NCBI GenBank assembly: GCA_965223415.1
Contig: OZ245002.1
Coordinates: 1,344,001 to 1,408,000, forward strand
Length of the DNA stretch: 64,000 nucleotides
Source of the DNA: Myxococcota bacterium
GTDB taxonomy: Bacteria > Myxococcota_A > UBA9160 > UBA6930
Direction: 5' to 3'
In this document: positions 62,895 through 64,000 of the stretch, in pieces
Position numbering within the stretch: position 1 is the stretch's first letter
Layout: every line of letters starts with the position of its first letter
Position numbers and translations under genes: made by a program
Notes under the pieces: model-generated
The model's input: only the letters and a program-made list of their open reading frames with translations
What the model was told of the DNA's origin: nothing
The model's database searches: none

Positions 62895-63925
62895 GAGACC
62901 AGCTCCAGGATACGCCGCGCCGCTTCCCCGTTCCCGGGTCGGAAGGAGGAGACGGCGTGGCGCTCCCGACAGGCCGCGAGGGCGGCGGCGTCGGTCGCGA
63001 CGGCGACGACCCGCTCGGCGCGTCGCGCAGGGTCGTCCCCGCCGGCTACGAAGCCGAGGCCCGCGGCGGCGATCTCCGCCACGCGAGCCGCCTGATCGTC
63101 GGCGCCGCGCGGAGCGGGCAGGAAGACGCCGGGCGTGCCCGTGGCCAGTAGCTCGTGCACCGTGTTGTATCCGCCCTCCGCAACCACCAGGTGCGCCAGG
63201 GCGAAGAGGTCCACCAGGTCGGCCACGGTCTCCACCAGCTCGACGCCCGGCGGCGGCCGGAGAGGCTCGCCGAAGTAGGGGCCGCGCACCACGACGTGCC
63301 GGAGATCTCCCCGCCGGCGGCGGCATCCCTCGTGGGCTCGGAACACGGTCTCGAAGAAGGCCCGGGCGGGCTCGGTGAATCCTCCGCCACCCACCGAGGA
63401 GACCAGGAGGAAATCCTCGGAGCGAGTGTCGTAGCGCTCGGCCACCCGTGCGCGACCCGCCTCGGTGGACCGGCGCACGATCGGGCCCACGAAGGCCGCG
63501 CGCGGACGGAGGGCTGGGGGGAGATCGTCGCCGAACTCCTCCTCGCTGTGCGGCACGAGCAGGAGGTCGGCCGCCGCGAGCTGCGGATGCGCCAGGATCT
63601 CGCGCTGTCGCTCCTCCTTCGAGCGGCGCACGACGAAGACCTGACGGCTTCCTGCCTCGGCCCGAGAGACGTCTTCGTCCGGCAGCGTGTCACGAACGAC
63701 GACATCGGGCCGCCAGCCTTCGAGGGGCTCCCCTCCGATGCCCTCGACCCAGACCCGGGTCGCGGGATCGAGGAGCTCCGGGGGCGCCGCACGGCGCAGG
63801 AGCATGCGCACGTCGGCCGCCGGCGCGAGCGCGCGAAGCGCCTTGGCCAGGTTGGTCGCGCGCATGAAGTGGCCGAGGCCGCGGCGGTTGGAGACACGGA
63901 ACAGCACGCGGGGTGCCGACGTCAT
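62891..63925 (-). CDS. Predicted GT-B glycosyltransferase (GT28 C-terminal-like)
   Basis: RGLGHFMR, VGGGG, EGGYNT..E, DDQ..R. Confidence 0.88.
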   Translation of the reverse strand: MTSAPRVLFRVSNRRGLGHFMRATNLAKALRALAPAADVRMLLRRAAPPELLDPATRVWVEGIGGEPLEGWRPDVVVRDTLPDEDVSRAEAGSRQVFVVRRSKEERQREILAHPQLAAADLLLVPHSEEEFGDDLPPALRPRAAFVGPIVRRSTEAGRARVAERYDTRSEDFLLVSSVGGGGFTEPARAFFETVFRAHEGCRRRRGDLRHVVVRGPYFGEPLRPPPGVELVETVADLVDLFALAHLVVAEGGYNTVHELLATGTPGVFLPAPRGADDQAARVAEIAAAGLGFVAGGDDPARRAERVVAVATDAAALAACRERHAVSSFRPGNGEAARRILELVS

Positions 63926-64000
63926 GCGTCCGCGCTCCGTCCCGCCACGGCCTCGCGAAAGCGGTCCGCCAGGGTTCGGGCGGTCCGACGGGCATCGTAG
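63922..64000 (-). CDS. 3' end of an upstream gene, probably a GT4 glycosyltransferase (partial)
   Basis: YDARRTARTLADRFREAVAGRSADA-stop; TGA overlaps the next ATG. Confidence 0.5.
   Translation of the reverse strand, partial: YDARRTARTLADRFREAVAGRSADA

Overview
64 kb of very GC-rich (about 70% or more, judged by eye) bacterial chromosome with about 56 genes. Most are lipid, acyl-CoA, aromatic or sterol-type catabolic enzymes (single-chain acyl-CoA carboxylase, enoyl-CoA hydratases, acyl-CoA synthetases and dehydrogenase, CoA-transferase III, PhyH dioxygenases, P450, epoxide hydrolase, amidohydrolases, GSTs), plus recQ, two DUF3604 proteins, arsR-arsI, an RRM protein and an ABC system. The gene content suggests a Myxococcota/deltaproteobacterial-like heterotroph (inference only). 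I saw no rRNA, tRNA or CRISPR array. Signals the ORF track misses: (1) a PrdB/GrdB-like selenoprotein split by an in-frame UGA (UxxC motif) with a candidate SECIS hairpin, translationally coupled to a hydrolase and the carboxylase; (2) a 2556-bp IS256 element with 27-bp TIRs and an 8-bp TSD that carries an ST7/TPR-like passenger gene and interrupts a VOC gene; (3) two related families of short dispersed repeats (cores GGGGACGTTCCT and TAGGGGCCGGTTCCGTTTGTT) that sit against stop codons, supply protein C-termini and coincide with local C-rich to G-rich strand-skew switches; (4) a collapsed N-ATPase (atpQ/atpB) deletion scar; (5) at least 14 genes with a leaderless TAnnnT-N6-8-start signature. 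All calls are from reading the sequence; no searches were run.
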